Assembly (NCBI GenBank): GCA_964016885.1
Contig: CAXHJY010000019.1
Span: 1 to 47,531, forward strand
DNA: 47,531 nt
Origin: Eledone cirrhosa
Taxonomy: Eukaryota
Direction of reading: 5' to 3'
Of this stretch, positions 1 to 15,006 are shown in pieces; position 1 is the stretch's first letter, and each line of letters starts with the position of its first letter. Below the pieces are notes generated by a model. The model made no database searches, was not told where the DNA came from, and worked only from the letters and a program-made list of their open reading frames with translations. The translations under genes were made by a program, and so were the position numbers.

Positions 1-1325
<1,325 letters not shown>

Positions 1326-1350
1326 TATTTCGGGAGAAATCATCAGGAAG

Positions 1351-1399
1351 GCTTCCTGATAATTCCTACCGAATGAAACAGTTCTAGTCCTGTAGAAGC
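1351..1399 (+). ncRNA. Hammerhead ribozyme, type I, with a core G8A variant (Penelope pLTR-like)
   Basis: GCTTC-CTGATAA-TTCCTACCGAAT-GAAA-CAG-ttctagtc-CTG-TA-GAAGC. Stems I and III pair. An antisense half copy (AAATCATCAGGAAG) lies directly upstream. Homologous to 9786-9930. Confidence 0.7.
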
Positions 1400-1483
1400 A
1401 TTTCTATATTAAATATTTACACTCGGATTTGTATTGAGTACCTTACTTACTTTGGTTACCTCCGATTGACCTCGAGATAAACT

Positions 1484-1518
<35 letters not shown>

Positions 1519-1668
1519 CTCATAAGCATATATATGTATATATATATATATATATGTATATATATCTCTATATATATATATCTATATATGTGTATATATA
1601 TGTATGTATATATGTGTATATATATGTGTGTATATATATGTATGTATATATGTGTATATATATGTATG

Positions 1669-1699
<31 letters not shown>

Positions 1700-1779
1700 G
1701 TATGTATATATATATATATATATATATATTCATACATAGATATATAATTTAAAGGTAACATTTTCTGAATGTTTTTTTT

Positions 1780-2230
1780 TTATATATCAACTATTGTGAT
1801 GAATCGAACAATGAGACACTATATAATAGAACATAGAAGAAATATTTGAAATGTCAAAAGAAACTATATTTATATACATCAGAAAACTGTTGGATCTATA
1901 TTTTGTAAGAAATTATAGTGCTTATAATTCTAATGGCGAAGTAGCGGTGAAGAGGAAGGTAAACTGGTTGTAGAAAACTATGAAAGATATAGCAGGCCAA
2001 GGAAATTGTTTAAAATAGGTTTATATTGAAAATGGATGAACTATATATTTGTTGAATGTCAAGATGATAAATGAAAATAAGAATCTAAAAGTAAAGATTA
2101 TTTCTACAAGAATGTATATCTAAATTTGTATGTAAAACTTTTTTTAAATTGCGCCATAGAAATTTCAAGTTAAATGAACCTGAAATGTTAAAAAATTTTA
2201 AATTAGAAACATCGTCCAGATGGTGATGAG
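1780..2230 (+). mobile_element. Degenerate Penelope-like element, 3' ORF remnant (GIY-YIG-like)
   Basis: Frameshifted manual translations IYQLL / RTMRH..IEHRRNI / FKLET..PDG resemble the PLE endonuclease C-terminus. A hammerhead-like motif follows. Confidence 0.4.
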
Positions 2231-2343
2231 ATTTCTTAATTTTTGAGGAATAATTAATTCTTTTTTTTTTTTACCGTTAAAATATTTATTTTTCTCCGAT
2301 ATAATTTTCTCCAGGATAAATTTTGTTTTCTATCTGCTACTTC

Positions 2344-2402
2344 TAATTGTCTGAAGAGGTCATAGCTGTTAAATTGTGGCTATCATGGAAATATATATAA
2401 TG
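2344..2402 (+). ncRNA. Hammerhead-like motif (degenerate stem I)
   Basis: CTGAAGA (2351), ATAGC/GCTAT stem II, GAAA (2388), TATATA-TA palindromic stem III. Confidence 0.5.
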
Positions 2403-2457
2403 TTAATAAAAGAAGTAAAGGATTCTAAATAGAATATAACAATCACATTGATAATAA

Positions 2458-2606
2458 TAATTGTTTCTACTTTAGGCACAAGGCCAGCAATTTACCCAGT
2501 GCATTACTGGTACTTTATTTTATCGACCCCGTAAGGATGAAAGGCAAAGTTAACCTCAGAATGGCAAGGGCTGTAACTATAGGCGTCTAAGCATGGCGTC
2601 CGATCC
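2458..2606 (-). mobile_element. tRNA-derived SINE family A (internally deleted)
   Basis: Reverse complement of the GCCTTTCATCCTTACGGGGTCGATAAAATAAAGTACCAGT core and the GGCCTTGTGCCTAAAGTAGAAACAATT tail. Confidence 0.9.
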
Positions 2607-2888
2607 TGCAAAGAAATAATGCTTTATTCTTGGTTTTAACTGGCGGTTAAACTCAATATCAACTAGATTTTCCGAAAAGAAGTTATACAATGATAGAAAT
2701 ATGAAAAAGAAAGGTAAAGACAAAACTAAGTAATGAAAAGTGGGGGAAGGGTTAAAAAAGGGCAGACCTGGTTGTATAAAAAAATAACGGAAAGAACTAT
2801 AAATGCCATAAATGAAAAGAAAATGTGGGAAAAAGCAAGGGATATTAGACCACGGAATTCGTTTGCAAGGCATTATTTCCCAATCTGA

Positions 2889-3081
2889 GGGCGTGGATTG
2901 GCAGTATCGGTAGAGGGTCGGACGCCATGCTTTGACGCATAGAGTTACGGCTCTTTCCATTCTGAGTTCAAAAATCCGCCGTGGTCAACTTTGCCATTCA
3001 TCCTTACGGAGTCGATAAAATAAAGTACCAGTAATGCGCTGGGTATTTGCTGGCCTTGTGCCGAAAGATTGGGAAATAATT
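2889..3081 (+). mobile_element. tRNA-derived SINE family A
   Basis: A-box-like TGGCAGTATCGG, B-box-like GAGTTCAAAAATCC and the shared core. Confidence 0.9.
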
Positions 3082-3299
3082 GTTTCTACTAAGTATACGC
3101 CTGAAATCATAAGATGTCAGTACGTATTGAATATTTTCTGAAAAGTAACTGTTCCGCAAGGTGGTTTTATAATAATAGGAAGAACAATAAATGTAGATTC
3201 CATTGGGCATAAGGCCTATATGTTAGGATTTAAATTGTGCAGAAGATTTAGAACGGTTATTTATACAACACACTCACATATGAACATGCATAGACACAG

Positions 3300-3301
3300 A
3301 C

Positions 3302-3366
<65 letters not shown>

Positions 3367-3427
3367 AACAGAGAGAGAGAAATTTGTATATCACATGAAT
3401 ACACCAATTTTGAGATTGCAGGATTTA

Positions 3428-3506
<79 letters not shown>

Positions 3507-3972
3507 TAACACGCTTTCAGTCTCTCTCCTCTTCTCCTTTTCTCTCCTCCTCACTTCCTCCCCTTCTCTCCCTCTCTCTCTCTCCTCCCTCCCTCTCTCT
3601 CCCTCTCTCCCCTTATCTCCCCCTCTCTCTCTCTCCCACCCCCTCTCCCTCCCTCCCCCTCTCTCTCTCTCTCCCTCCCCCCCTCTCTCTCTCTCTCTCT
3701 ACCTCTCTCTCTCTACCTCTCTCTCTCTCCCTTATATCTCCCTTATATCTCCCCATCCCCCTATATATATCCCTCTCTCCCACCTTCGTTCCTTTTCTCC
3801 CCCTATCTCCCCCCTTCGTTCCTTATCTCCCCCCTTCGCTCTCCCCCCTCACCCCATCTCTCTCTCCGATTGCCATTGCTTAGGTGATTATTCAGAGGTA
3901 TAATTCACCACTCCACTTGGCACACATAGATGCATACACAGGAGAAAACAGACACACACGTCTCCGTATGTA

Positions 3973-4032
<60 letters not shown>

Positions 4033-4044
4033 CACGTCTCTGTC

Positions 4045-4092
<48 letters not shown>

Positions 4093-4360
4093 TACACACA
4101 TACTCACTCACACACACGTGTGCGTGTGTGTGTCTGTGTTTAGTGCTGGTGTCTAAGTATTTATATATATATATATATATGTACCCCCCCCCCCCGCCAC
4201 CACCACACACACACACGTGTATATATACCCCCCCCCCCCACACATATATATACAGAAAGAGAGAGAGATGCATAAATATAACTAGACATTTATAAATACC
4301 TACAGTCATACGCACATATATACACATATATACACATATATACACATATACACACACCTA
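3300..4360. repeat. Compound microsatellite (TA/TG/GA and a pyrimidine-rich CT tract at 3520-3865)
   Basis: Directly visible. Confidence 0.9.
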
Positions 4361-4654
4361 AGTAAATACTAAGTATATCCTTTAACCTTGTATTCAATCT
4401 CATAATAGTGATCGATCCCCCTCGATACACGCCAAAGATATTTACTAAATCTCTACTAGGTGGATTAATTGATTTTCATATCCAAGCACCTGTATCTAGC
4501 TTTATTGAATTTGTATTTCGATTCTTTTTCAATAGGTTAGATAATTGTAACATTGTGTGGGTGTTTTATAATATAGGATCTAAAGATCTTATGCGCAGGA
4601 ATTATTTAGTTCGGTGTATAATATGTTATTTTTCGGTTTATTATTCCCATGTGG

Positions 4655-5132
4655 TCTTCGTCTTTTTCTTCTTTTCTTTTTTTTCTTCTTTTTTTCTTTT
4701 TTTTTTCCTCTTTTTTTTCTTCTTCTTTTTTTCCTCTTTTTTCTTTTTTTTCTTTCTTTTTTTTTCTTTTTTTCTTTTTCTTTTCTTCTTCGTCTTCTTC
4801 GTCTTCATCTTTTCCTTGGTCTTCTTCATCATCTTCACCTTCTTCCTCATCTTCACCTTCTTCCTCATCATCTTCTCCTTCCTCTTCTTCTTCTCCTTTT
4901 CCTTCTTCTTTTCACTCGCCCTATTCCTGAGAGGGTTGTAGTGTCAGAGTCCAAGAACACTCCTTCCACCAGTTCTCAGAAGCAAACGTCTCCAATTAAT
5001 CCGGCTGAATCTCCAATCCAAACATGACCATCCAAGCTCATAGATGTTGTCCAAACATCTAGCTCGGCTGAGTCTACCCTTGGGTCTGCTGGCCGTTGGT
5101 TTTGCCGGTAAAATCTGTCCAGCGATTCTTTA
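4655..5132 (-). mobile_element. RTE-clade LINE 3' end with expanded (GAA)-rich tail
   Basis: Minus frame RIAGQILPAKPTASRPKGRLSRARCLDNIYELGWS is typical of the RTE ORF2 C-terminus. Homologous to 11455-11750. GAA/A-rich tail at 4655-4912. Confidence 0.8.
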
Positions 5133-5527
5133 CTTGTGTAGACAGAAACTGTTTGGTAGTCCATTACCTATACTGTACCTATAAGTCAAACGGACAAACA
5201 TGCAACAGAATATATCTCACTGAATCTCCCTGGGAAATATCGAAACCTACACGATTCTATTCAATGGTTAGACAATTACACGTTAATTTGCAAGTCCTTT
5301 CAATGATGACAAGAAACTTTGGACGTCATATGAAATTAGAAAGACGTTCTAATAACGTACAGTTGGTCTTCTGTCTTAAGATTATTTCAGTCTGCCATTT
5401 AGATACTATCATACTATAAGCTTATTAATACAGTGAAGATAATCTAACAGTGACCTATTTATATGCGCTATACTTCCATATAGAAGTGCATACCTACGCA
5501 CACGCTTTAATACCTACATACACGCAG

Positions 5528-5566
<39 letters not shown>

Positions 5567-5631
5567 TGATGAGTCATATAGATGTATACATCCATTCATT
5601 CTTACAATTGCGTTTTGTGTGTATGTACTTA

Positions 5632-6575
<944 letters not shown>

Positions 6576-6742
6576 GGTAATTAAATAAAAAATATCACAC
6601 ACTCACAGCGACCATAAAAGCGCACACACCCATATGTATATACCTATATGTATGTCTTTGAAGTGTGTCTTTCTTTCTTTTAATTACAGGTGAATGTGTG
6701 TTATCGAATTGTTTGTGTGTTGTTATTTCATCGTATTGGTTT

Positions 6743-9066
6743 CGCCAATAGAATTTTATATTTATATAGAAACTTCTTTTTCTACGTCTCCCACGTCGTA
6801 CTATTTCTGACCACCAAGAACTCATATATCCATATATAGACATACTCATCGCCAATAGAATTATATATTTGTATAGAAACTTCTTTTTCTACGTCTCCCA
6901 CGTCTTACTATTTCTGACCACCAAGAACTCATATATCCATATATAGACATACTCATCGCCAATAGAATTATATATTTGTATAGAAACTTCTTTTTCTACG
7001 TCTCCCACGTCTTACTATTTCTGACCACCAAGAACTCATATATCCATATATAGACATACTCATCGCCAATAGAATTATATATTTGTATAGAAACTTCTTT
7101 TTCTACGTCTCCCACGTCTTACTATTTCTGACCACCAAGAACTCATATATCCATATATAGACATACTCATCGCCAATAGAATTATATATTTGTATAGAAA
7201 CTTCTTTTTCTACGTCTCCCACGTCTTACTATTTCTGACCACCAAGAACTCATATATCCATATATAGACATACTCATCGCCAATAGAATTATATATTTGT
7301 ATAGAAACTTCTTTTTCTACGTCTCCCACGTCTTACTATTTCTGACCACCAAGAACTCATACATCCATACATAGACATACTCATCGCCAATAGAATTATA
7401 TATTTATATAGAAACTTCTTTTTCTACGTCTCCCACGTCTTACTATTTCTGACCACCAAGAACTCATACATCCATACATAGACATACTCATCGCCAATAG
7501 AATTATATATTTATATAGAAACTTCTTTTTCTACGTCTCCCACGTCTTACCATTTCTCAACACCAAGAACTCTTACATCCATATATAGACATACTCATCG
7601 CCAATAGAATTATATATTTGTATAGAAACTTCTTTTTCTACGTCTCCCACGTCTTACCATTTCTCAACACCAAGAACTCTTAGAATTATATATTTATATA
7701 GAAACTTCTTTTTCTACGTCTCCCGCGCCTTACTATTTCTGACCACAAAGAACTCCTACATCCATATATAGACATACTCATCGCCAATAGAATTATATAT
7801 TTGTATAGAAACTTCTTTTTCTACGTTTCCCAAGTCTTACTATTTCTGACCACCAAGAACTCATACATCCATACATAGACATACTCATCGCCAATAGAAT
7901 TATATATTTATATAGAAACTTCTTTTTCTACGTTTCCCACGTCTTACTATTTCTGACTACCAAGAACTCATACATCCATATATAGACATACTCATCGCCA
8001 ATAGAATTATATATTTGTATAGAAACTTCTTTTTCTACGTTTCCCACGTCTTACTATTTCTGACCACCAAGAACTCGTACATCCATATATAGACATACTC
8101 ATCGGCAATAGAATTATATATTTGTATAGAAACTTCTTTTTTTACGTTTCCCACGTCTTACTATTACTGACCACCAAGAACTCGTACATCCATATATAGA
8201 CATACTCATCGCCAATAGAATTATATATTTGTATAGAAACTTCTTTTTCTACGTCTCCCACGTCTTACTATTTCTGACCACCAAGAACTCATACATCCAT
8301 ACATAGACATACTCATCGCCAATAGAATTATATATTTATATAGAAACTTCTTTTTCTACGTTTCCCACGTCTTACTATTTCTGACCACCAAGAACTCATA
8401 CATCCATATATAGACATACTCATCGCCAATAGAATTATATATTTGTATAGAAACTTATTTTTCTACGTTTCCCACGTCTTACTATTTCTGACCACCAAGA
8501 TCTCGTACATCCATATATAGACATACTCATCGCCAATAGAATTATATATTTGTATAGAAACTTCTTTTTTTACGTTTCCCACGTCTTACTATTTCTGACC
8601 ACCAAGAACTCGTACATCCATATATAGACATACTCATCGCCAATAGAATTATATATTTGTATAGAAACTTCTTTTTCTACGTCTCCCACGTCTTACTATT
8701 TCTGACCACCAAGAACTCATACATCCATACATAGACATACTCATCGCCAATAGAATTATATATTTATATAGAAACTTCTTTTTCTACATCTCCCACGTCT
8801 TACTATTTCTGACCACCAATAACTCATACATCCATATATAGACATACTCATCGCCAATAGAATTATATATTTGTATAGAAACTTCTTTTTCTACGTCTCC
8901 CACGTCTTACTATTTCTGACCACCAAGAACTCATACATCCATATATAGACATACTCATCGCCAATAGAATTATATATTTGTATAGAAACTTCTTTTTCTA
9001 CGTTTCCCACGTCTTACCATTTCTCAACACCAAGAACTCATACATCCATATATAAACATACTCATC
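6743..9066. repeat. 107-bp tandem satellite, about 22 copies
   Basis: CGCCAATAGAATT recurs at 6743, 6850, 6957, 7064, 7171 and onward. One unit is truncated near 7680. Confidence 0.98.
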
Positions 9067-9146
9067 TCAGCACCGTGAATAGATATTTATCACTGTGGAA
9101 ATATACGAATAATTATATATATGTATATATATGTATATATATACAC

Positions 9147-9183
<37 letters not shown>

Positions 9184-9310
9184 TATGTATATATACATGT
9201 ATATATATATATATGTATATATCTTTATATATATGTATATATAATTATTCGTATATTTCCACAGTGATAAATATCTATTCACGGTGCTGAGATGAGTATG
9301 TCTATGTATG
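9047..9310. repeat. Inverted repeat (about 70-bp arms) around a TA spacer
   Basis: CATACTCATCTCAGCACCGTGAATAG...TACGAATAATTAT is mirrored. The same ORF start [14 protein letters not shown] appears on both strands. Confidence 0.95.
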
Positions 9311-9332
9311 TATTCTTAATTATATATATATA

Positions 9333-9377
9333 TGCCCCAGCATGGCCTCAGCCGAATGGCTGAAACAGGTAAAAGAG
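9333..9377 (+). mobile_element. Isolated LINE/SINE 3' tail (GCCCCAGCATGGCCTCAGCC...AAACAGGTAAAAGA)
   Basis: The same ~45-bp piece occurs at 16888 (+) and 33325 (-), each next to TA runs. Confidence 0.7.
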
Positions 9378-9432
9378 TATATATATAAAGAAGGAAATGC
9401 GAAGTTGAAAATGTTAGGGCCCTTTATTAATT

Positions 9433-9620
9433 AATTGTTTCTACTTTTGGCACAAGGCCAGCAAATTACCCAGTGCATTACTGGTACTTTATTTTATAGA
9501 CCCCGTAAGGATGAAAAGCAAAGTTAAGCTTGGCGGGATTTGAACTCGGAATGGCAAGGACCGTAACTCTATGCGCCAAAGCATGGCGTCCGACCCTCTA
9601 CCGATACTGCCAATCCCCGC
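9433..9620 (-). mobile_element. SINE family A with 17-bp TSD, inserted in a palindrome
   Basis: TSD GCCCTTTATTAATTAAT at 9419 and 9619. Confidence 0.92.
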
Positions 9621-9785
9621 CCTTTATTAATTAATAAAGGACCCTAACATCTTCAACTTCGCATTTTCCTCTTTATTAATATCCTCCGACATACTTGTTT
9701 TTTCACGGCGGGGGGGAGTAATATGACGTTGAGTGCTAGAAATGAATTGCATCATTGTATACCGAATATATATATATATATATAT

Positions 9786-9855
9786 AATATAGATGAGATT
9801 CTACAGGACTAGAACTGTTTCATTCTTTAGAAATCATCAGAAACTCATCTATATT
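9786..9855 (-). ncRNA. Hammerhead ribozyme, type I, intact core
   Basis: Minus strand: AATATAGATGAGTTT-CTGATGA-TTTCTAAAGAAT-GAAA-CAG-ttctagtc-CTG-TA-GAATCTCATCTATATT. Confidence 0.8.
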
Positions 9856-9930
9856 AAAACTTTCATACTCTCTTATGTATTGAGTACCTTACTTACTGTG
9901 GTTACCTTCGATTCAACCCGGAATAACTTA

Positions 9931-9973
<43 letters not shown>

Positions 9974-11454
9974 CTAATATATACACTTGAAAATTTACTT
10001 ATGTATGTATGTATGTATGTATATATATATATGTACACATTCAACAGAGAGTAGAGAGTTTGACAACAGGTCGATGACTTTAGTCTAGATAGGGTATGGT
10101 ATGGTAATGACATGTGATGGTGGGGAGAGAGTGTAGACGTTATTTTATTTATTTATTTACTTTTATTTATTTATTTATTTTTATTTTTATTTTTTTCTCG
10201 TGCAATGGCCATACTCGATAACGAGGGGGCAGCCATCATATATATATGTATGTACTTCTCGTTATATAATTTGTTACCAATAGAGAGAGAGAGTCGGGTT
10301 CCAACAAGATTCTCTCATTGGAATTTAAACATCAACTAGGCAGATATGTATGTATGTCTGCATGCAGGTATCAATGTTATTGTATTTGTGGATGTTGATG
10401 TTTTGAGTTATATGTGTGCATGTGCATATGCTTAGTATCTGTACATGTGTACATGCAGTTATTAGATGCAGAATTTTGCAATGTTTTACATATTTTTATT
10501 AATGCATACATCTTTCTGACTTCCTGTCTCTCACTCTCTCTTTGACCTTCTCTGTAGGAAAAATTGTGTAATTAAGGCATGGGGAGGTGTGGGCTCCACC
10601 AGTCTTTAAAATGCCTTAGAAATGTCGTATGGTTATATGGTTATGTGTTCCTTCGACTACATTAGGAGATATAGGACAAAAACAAAAGTGTGATATATCT
10701 GAAAATACCCTCACATTGAAATCTTGCATTTAACGTAACTGTGAATGTATAAATATCAAATAACTATACAAAATATCTTTACCATTTCATGTTAGAGCCA
10801 CCAATACATTATTGAATAATCCAGTAAAATATCAGACGCTAAATTTCTAATACGAACCACTCTTTTTCATTGTAGATATTTCCTAACTTCATAACCCGTT
10901 TTTATTTGTCAAAACCGCCTGATTGTTATAAATGTATGGTAGAAGTTTTTCCTATTCACGACAATGATTATGTAGAACCTACGTGTTTAGTTGGTTATAT
11001 AATCAAAAATAACTCATTGATCATGTTTTATTAACTTCTATTGATGAAAGGCAAAACTCACTACGAGCAGACTTGAACTAATAACGAATAGCGTAAATCA
11101 TCGTAATTAAATCAGTTAACATATTTTCGTCTGGCGCTCAACGTATTTATGATTAATGTTCTACAGAGAAAATGGCGAACATATTTAATAATTGACATAT
11201 CAATTACAAAGCGCAAGAATTTTGCGCAGAACCGATTTGCTAAGGCGATGGATTAAGCTGATTAATTGGGATTGAGAACAGATTAGGCCAAATTGAATGA
11301 GTAAATTGAGATAACTATATATTGTAAAATATTTCGCTCCTCTCTCCAACATTTCATCTACTTAATGTCATATACACGTAAATAGGAATATGAAATGTTA
11401 AACTCATATTTTATCCACATCTCAATATTAGAAAATTAAATGAAACGAAGAATC

Positions 11455-11750
11455 TGCGTAACTCGCGGATGAGAGTCTCACTCCAGGTAGAGTTGCTACT
11501 TCTCCGAAATGAGAGATCACACCTTCGATACTATGGACATGAGGCCAGAATATGTCAGGAAAGAATCGCTCGACAGATTTTACGAGCGAAACCATCAGAT
11601 AGGAGACCCAGAGTTAGACATCTAGCAAGATAGTTGGATAACATCCATGAGCTTGGCTGATCACGCTTGGGGATCCAGCCGGATCAGTTGGAAATGGTTG
11701 CTTCTGACAGGACCCGCTGCAAGGAGTGTTTGACGACTCTGCCATTTCAG
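11455..11750 (+). mobile_element. RTE-clade LINE 3' fragment (degenerate)
   Basis: Frame LRYYGHEARICQERIARQILRAKPSDRRPRVRHLAR*LDNIHELG*SRLGIQPDQLEMVASDR matches the RTE WxGHxxR...GxRxRGRP...DR pattern and carries stops. Confidence 0.85.
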
Positions 11751-12354
11751 AAGCTACTTTAGTCTGGAACAAGCTGTTGAAACGGCAAGAGCTCAACCGT
11801 CGGCGTCACGGCTCTTTCATATAAACTTACACTACCAGCTCAAGTATCGAATACTCTGATGAGTAATGGTCTAACCAGTTTCTAACTAAAACCACCCTGA
11901 TCTATATCTACCTATCTACCTATTTATCTATCTGAGGATTGCAGCGTCTTCAGAGACGATTGCCGTCTCTTATTGATTCTTCGTTATTATCCCATCTACA
12001 TCTATGACTTCGTAGATGACTTTGTAGGCCTGCTGTAGATCTGCATGGTTTACAACACGGGTGGCAGAAGAGAGTTGTGCTTTCCTCAGGACTGGTGGGG
12101 GGTCACCCTGTGGGACACAATCTTTATATACAACAATGCTTTTTTTTTTTTTAGCCAGGAACTAGTTCTACACATTGTTACATATCACACGCGTTGTTTC
12201 GCAAGTTCTTTGTTAAGTGGTGTGGCGGATGGTTTTCCTTTCCTGTGACTTCAGGTGACTAACTTAACCAGCCTTTGAGAGGAGTACACGCTGACAGGAC
12301 TTGCATGTCCAACCACTGATGATTTCATAAAGACTGTGAGCATAGTTATTCTGG

Positions 12355-12401
12355 AGCTGACGCTTCGGTTGTTTATGTTCCAGACAACATTCCTCAGAAC
12401 T
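12355..12401 (-). ncRNA. Degenerate hammerhead motif
   Basis: Minus strand: AGTT-CTGAGGA-ATGTTGTC..AAACAACC-GAAG-CG-TC-AGCT, with GAAA mutated to GAAG. Confidence 0.45.
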
Positions 12402-12884
12402 TTTATATATATATCTAACTATATACGTACATACATACATGGAGAGGGCGTTGGTGGTGGTGGGGTGTGGCGAGATGGATAGATACATACATAGATAGAT
12501 ATAGATATATATACATATATTTGCATGTGTGGACGTCTGGTAATGTATATAGCAATGCACTTTATAAGGAATTATAATGGAAAACTACATATGTGGTATT
12601 CGAAATATTAAGAATTCAGTCAGACATATTTGATTTTGAGATTTATTTAATTTAATACTTAATAAACATATTTACTATCAATATTGGCAAAAGACGTGGA
12701 ATAGTGTGTAAAACTGTGTCTATCTAGTAAATTCCAAATATTGCTATTGGCAGTAGACATGTTCTTTAATGGACAGAATGACAGAACTTGACAGAACCTC
12801 AAGCTAATGTCTGACATTTACAGATATATACATCCAACCCCTACAAACATATTGAAATAATTTCTTTGGTACTTCCTTGTTTTA

Positions 12885-13990
12885 TCGTCACTGTTGTTGT
12901 TGTTTTTGTTGTTAGTAGTAGTGGTGGTAGTGGTAGTGGTGATGCTGTTTTTGATATTCTTCTTTTCTTTTACTTTTCGTTTTCTTCTTTTTCTTTTGTC
13001 CTTTCTTTTCTCATTTTTCTCCTTTATTTTCTCTTTTACTTGTTATTATTCATGTAATTATTTTTGCTGTTTTTGTGTTCTTTTTGTTATGTTGTTGCTA
13101 CTTCAGCCGGTGCTGCTGCTTGTTACTGCTGCTGTTGTTGTTGCGGTTGCTGTTGGCGTTGTGGTGGTGGTGTTAGTGGTGTTGGCGGTGAGGTTGGTGT
13201 TAGTGGTATTGGTGTTGTTAGTGGTGTTAGTAGGGTTGGCGGTGTGGTCGTTGTGTTAGTCGTGTTGGCGATGTTGTTGGCGTTAGTGGTGTTGTTAGTG
13301 GTGTTAGTGGTGTTGGCGGTGTTGTTGGTGTTGGCGGAGTTGGTGTTGGTCGTCGTGTTAGTGGTGTTGGCGGTGAGTTGGTGTTAGTGGTGTTGGCGGT
13401 GTCAGTAGGGTTGGTGGTGTCAGTGTTGTTTGTGTTGGTCGTCGTGTTAGTGGTGTTGGCGGTGAGTTGGTGTTAGTGGTGTTGGCGGTGTCAGTAGGGT
13501 TGGCGGTGTTGGTGGTGTCAGTGTTGTTGGTGTTGGTCGTCGTGTTACTGGTGTTGGCGGCGTTGTTGGTGCTGTTAGTGGTGTTGCTGTTGTCACTGAC
13601 CTACTGGTGGTGTTACTAGTGCTAGTCTTGTTGGTGGTGGTGTGAGTGGAGTTGATGTTGATGTTGTTGGTGTTTCTATTGTCAAAGAGGTGTTGATAGT
13701 ACTGTTAGTGTTAGTGGTAGTGATGGTGGTGGTAGTTTTGCTGCTGTCCTGGTCGGGCTGGTGGTGGTGGTGGTGGTGTTGGTAGTTCTGTTAGTAGGGG
13801 AGTTGGAGTTGGTGATATTGTTGTTGCTGGTATTGTTCGTAATGGTGTTTATAGTGATTGTGGTGCTGGTGGTTTTGGTAGTGTTGGTGATGTGGGTGAT
13901 ATTGTTGTTGTGGAGATGCTGCTAGTACTGTTATTATTTGCGGTGTTGCTGCTGTTGTTAGTGGTTGCTGTTATTGTAAATCCCATTGTT
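12885..13990. repeat. GGT/GTT/AGT trinucleotide low-complexity tract
   Basis: Directly visible, with a local duplication of about 90 bp around 13340-13510. Confidence 0.9.
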
Positions 13991-14199
13991 GTTATCATTT
14001 CTACCGTTTTAAGTTTCACTTGAGTAAATCTCAACGTAATTTTATAAACATTACTGAAGCAATTCTTTCTATGTTTGAAACCGTAACCTTGCTGGCGTCT
14101 GTGTGTCTGAGATGGCAATCAAGGGAACTGACCAGAAACATTATCTCAGATTTTATTTATTTTTCGGCAATTCATTGAACGAGATATGCTCTTTTTCAC

Positions 14200-14515
14200 C
14201 ATTCCCATCACCATCCCCATCACGACTACTAACATCACCATCACCACCAACATCACCATCACCACCAACATCACCATCACCACCAACATCATCACCACTA
14301 CTAGAAACACCAAGATCACCATCACCACTAACATTTCCAACAACATCACCATTACCATCCACCATCATCTCCAAGAACATCCTCACCACCACCAACACCC
14401 CCAAGAACATTCATCACCACTAACACCACCATCACCACCACAAACACCAAAACCACCATCACCAGCAACATCACCACTAACATCACCATCACCAATATCA
14501 CCACCAACATAACTG
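14200..14515. repeat. CAC/CAT/AAC trinucleotide low-complexity tract
   Basis: Same type of repeat as 12885-13990, on the opposite strand. Confidence 0.9.
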
Positions 14516-14589
14516 ACTACAAGTACCACAATAATTTTCATTAAAACAAATTTTCAGAAAGTTGAGATATATATATACATATATGGAAG

Positions 14590-14622
<33 letters not shown>

Positions 14623-14626
<4 letters not shown>

Positions 14627-15006
14627 TGTTACACTTGGGGAAGGTCATATTTGTGTAATAATATTGCCAGAATTAATAACAGAACACACCCACTGTTTGT
14701 TTGGTTTTCGCTTCTGTGTCTTTTATATCGGTTAATTTAATTTATTCAGTCCTCAATGTTACAATTGACTGACCAACGGTCAAAAATACGGATACAATAT
14801 GTTAGACTATATATATGTGTTTGTGTCTATATTGTATCTGTATTTTTGACCGTCGTTCAGTCAATGATAACATTGCGGACCGAATAAATTAAATTAACCG
14901 ATATAAAAGACACAGAAGCAAAAAATAACCAAACAGTGAGTGTGTTCTGTTATTAATTCTGGCAATATTATTACACACATATGACCCTCCCCAAGTATAA
15001 CAATAT
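14623..15006. repeat. Imperfect long palindrome (about 180-bp arms) flanked by TA tracts
   Basis: ATATTGTTACACTTGGGGAAGGTCATAT... pairs with ...ATATGACCCTCCCCAAGTATAACAATAT, with scattered mismatches. Confidence 0.92.

Noticed and set aside
4408-5027. Poly-Phe/Lys/Ser ORFs
   Set aside because: Translation of the expanded GAA/A-rich tail of an RTE fragment.
4976-5164. 62-aa ORF with an apparent paralog near 11532 (KESLDRFY)
   Set aside because: Off-frame reading of two RTE ORF2 remnants.
6743-9066. Possible CRISPR-like array
   Set aside because: Units are near-identical over their full length, with no unique spacers and no cas genes; the context is eukaryotic.
11856-11900. CTGATGA as a hammerhead core
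   Set aside because: No properly placed GAAA, stem III or stem I.
12866-14512. Mucin-like or hydrophobic ORFs
   Set aside because: Trinucleotide low-complexity DNA with frame changes and no splice or domain evidence.
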